A stretch of 64,000 nucleotides of DNA, taken from positions 25,048,001 through 25,112,000 of the forward strand of contig NC_082731.1 of assembly GCF_030144855.1 (NCBI RefSeq), in the 5' to 3' direction. Below the pieces are notes generated by a model. That model searched no databases. It saw only the letters and a program-made list of their open reading frames with translations, and had not been told where the DNA came from. The stretch comes from Hypanus sabinus. Lineage: Eukaryota. Positions within the stretch are counted from its first letter, which is position 1. The number at the start of each line of letters is the position of its first letter. Below, piece by piece: positions 62,218 to 64,000 of the stretch. A program made the translations under genes and the position numbers.

Positions 62218-64000
62218 TGCGAACGCCGAAAATGCAAAGAGACCAAGAAATCGAAACTAAACCCTGCGGTTCGAAACGTCTCAAACGTAAATCCTAACAT
62301 TCTGTACTCAGCTGCACTCGATTCGATAGTTTACGCGCCTTCAGACAATGTGGAAACTCGCTGCTAATTACATGCCAACAGTTGTAGCGACCTTCGGTTC
62401 CGGATAAGTCTTCTGTCAGTCGCTACCGGAACCAATATATTGTGGCGAACATTCGGGCTATGTTGACAGAACGGGAAAAATAATTAATATATATTTTAAT
62501 TGCGACATGCAAAAAATTCAGACCAGGCGCGATGACACGAGGAACGATCTCATTCAGTAACGTACTGACAGAGGAGGGTCTATTACTGAAACCCGTTAAT
62601 GTCAGGGTGCCCCCCTCCTTAACCAAATATTGTTGATTGTGAAAGACGAAATCAAATTTGAATCAATTCTGCAGACGTGAAATTTTGAACAGTACATATA
62701 CAAACTGCTCCGGAAAGTAGCGACAGGTATGAAGACGGTTTGAATTTCTCAGAGCGATCAAGATTTCTGCGGTGATACGTGGACATTATGTTTTACTTTA
62801 ATGAATTGAGGGTCTGTCTGAATTCTTATCCCACCTAAGGTGCAAAAGGCAGCGGAAAGTATACAGAAAGCAAAGCTCTCTCGTGTATACAGTCCTCTCA
62901 GGTCTGCTGTTGGTTGATCACCACATGTGACGCTGTTTGCTTTGAAGCCGAAGGAAAGTGTACTGCCTTTTCAACTCACTGAAAGGAAACCACGACAGCC
63001 TGTCGCGGACAGACTGAGTGAACACGCAGAAATACAATGCTCTATTACTTAACTGACCTTTCTTCAATATGAGTTTGAGGAACTTACCGCATTTTTCCGC
63101 ACCTTAGTTTTCAGTATTGTAATGACCTCAAATTTATGTCAATTTCCTTGACTAAGTGAGGAACGTCTCTACACAGTTAACACCGGCCTGGTATCGGTAG
63201 ATCTGCGGTACTATTGTTAATCCTGCCGCTTCACTGTTTTCGAATAACAAAACTGACAGAGGGAAACTATCATAACTACAGGCTGTCATCCCCATCGTGT
63301 ATGCTCTGCCAACGCATTATCGTTGATTCCGCATCCCACTCAATTCCGTACACCTGCTTTCTCGTGATATCCTTTGAGTCCCCGACCGAACAGAAAAGGT
63401 GAGCTTCCTTAATAAATGAAGGCACCGATTCGGCTTCCACTGCAGTCTGTGGCATGAGGTTTGTTTTGAATTGTAGTCCTTCAGTGGCCGCTCCATACCT
63501 TTGTACTGAATTGTTGCCCCTCAAATTTGAGGCTGTGCCTTCTAGATCCGATTATTCCCACCACAGAGGAAACATCGCCCACATATGCACCCTATAGTCA
63601 TTTCAACATTCGTGAGTTTTCAATGACTTCCACCGCATTCTTCTAAATTCCAGGTGACTGTAGTTCCAAAGCTTCCAAACGCTCCTCATATGTTCATTGA
63701 TGAGCCTCCGCTGTGGTCTATCACAAGTCTTGGTTATTCAGCCACTGACGTCAGGCAGACAATATCTGAAGAATATTGATCATGACTGGGTTCTGCCGTA
63801 TACCATGATCACCTGAGCCAGATATGCTGATTATAATGGTCCTAGCAGATCGGTCAGAATGTAATGTACAGAACTCTAACTCTAAACCTGGATCAGACTT
63901 TTACCGAGAGTAATGCATGACCTCCTTCAGGAGATTGCATTTTCAAGCAAGATTGAGATAAATGATGCTTCCCACATGACTGTCAATGTGTAAAATTCAG

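Noticed and set aside
62384-62426. TFGSG motif resembling a TCR J, inside an 8-bp inverted repeat (GTAGCGAC/GTCGCTAC)
   Set aside because: TAA follows immediately, there is no splice donor, and the upstream CAATGTG has no nonamer at 12 or 23 nt.
63200-63217. DLRYYC, resembling a V FR3 end
   Set aside because: Spacing is one residue short, a stop follows, there is no upstream V framework, and no correctly spaced RSS.

Overview
This is cartilaginous-fish (shark/ray-type) genomic DNA with one 158-N gap. About 58 kb is dominated by decayed retroelements: CR1, Rex1-like and L1 LINEs, a Penelope-like remnant, a Tc1 end and two LTR elements. The functional core is at 59.0-62.3 kb, an apparently intact NAR-TCR cassette of the T-cell receptor delta locus on the + strand. 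Its order is leader exon, an IgNAR-like V lacking CDR2 with a 22-bp-spacer RSS, one D, a J with a 23-RSS, and then a leaderless supporting TCR-delta V with a 23-RSS that joins the J in frame by splicing. The ORF track misses most of this. Unusual details: a second complete 23-RSS 55 bp behind the supporting-V RSS, a J with no F/W-G-x-G motif, Phe in place of the conserved Trp in the NAR V, complementary extra cysteines in the two V domains, a weak D 5' RSS, and a frameshifted vestigial leader upstream of the supporting V. Weak traces of older decayed V segments may lie at about 5.2 and 8.2 kb. No D-delta, J-delta or C-delta was found in the window. Everything was read by eye with no database searches, and transposon boundaries are approximate unless target-site duplications (TSDs) are given.
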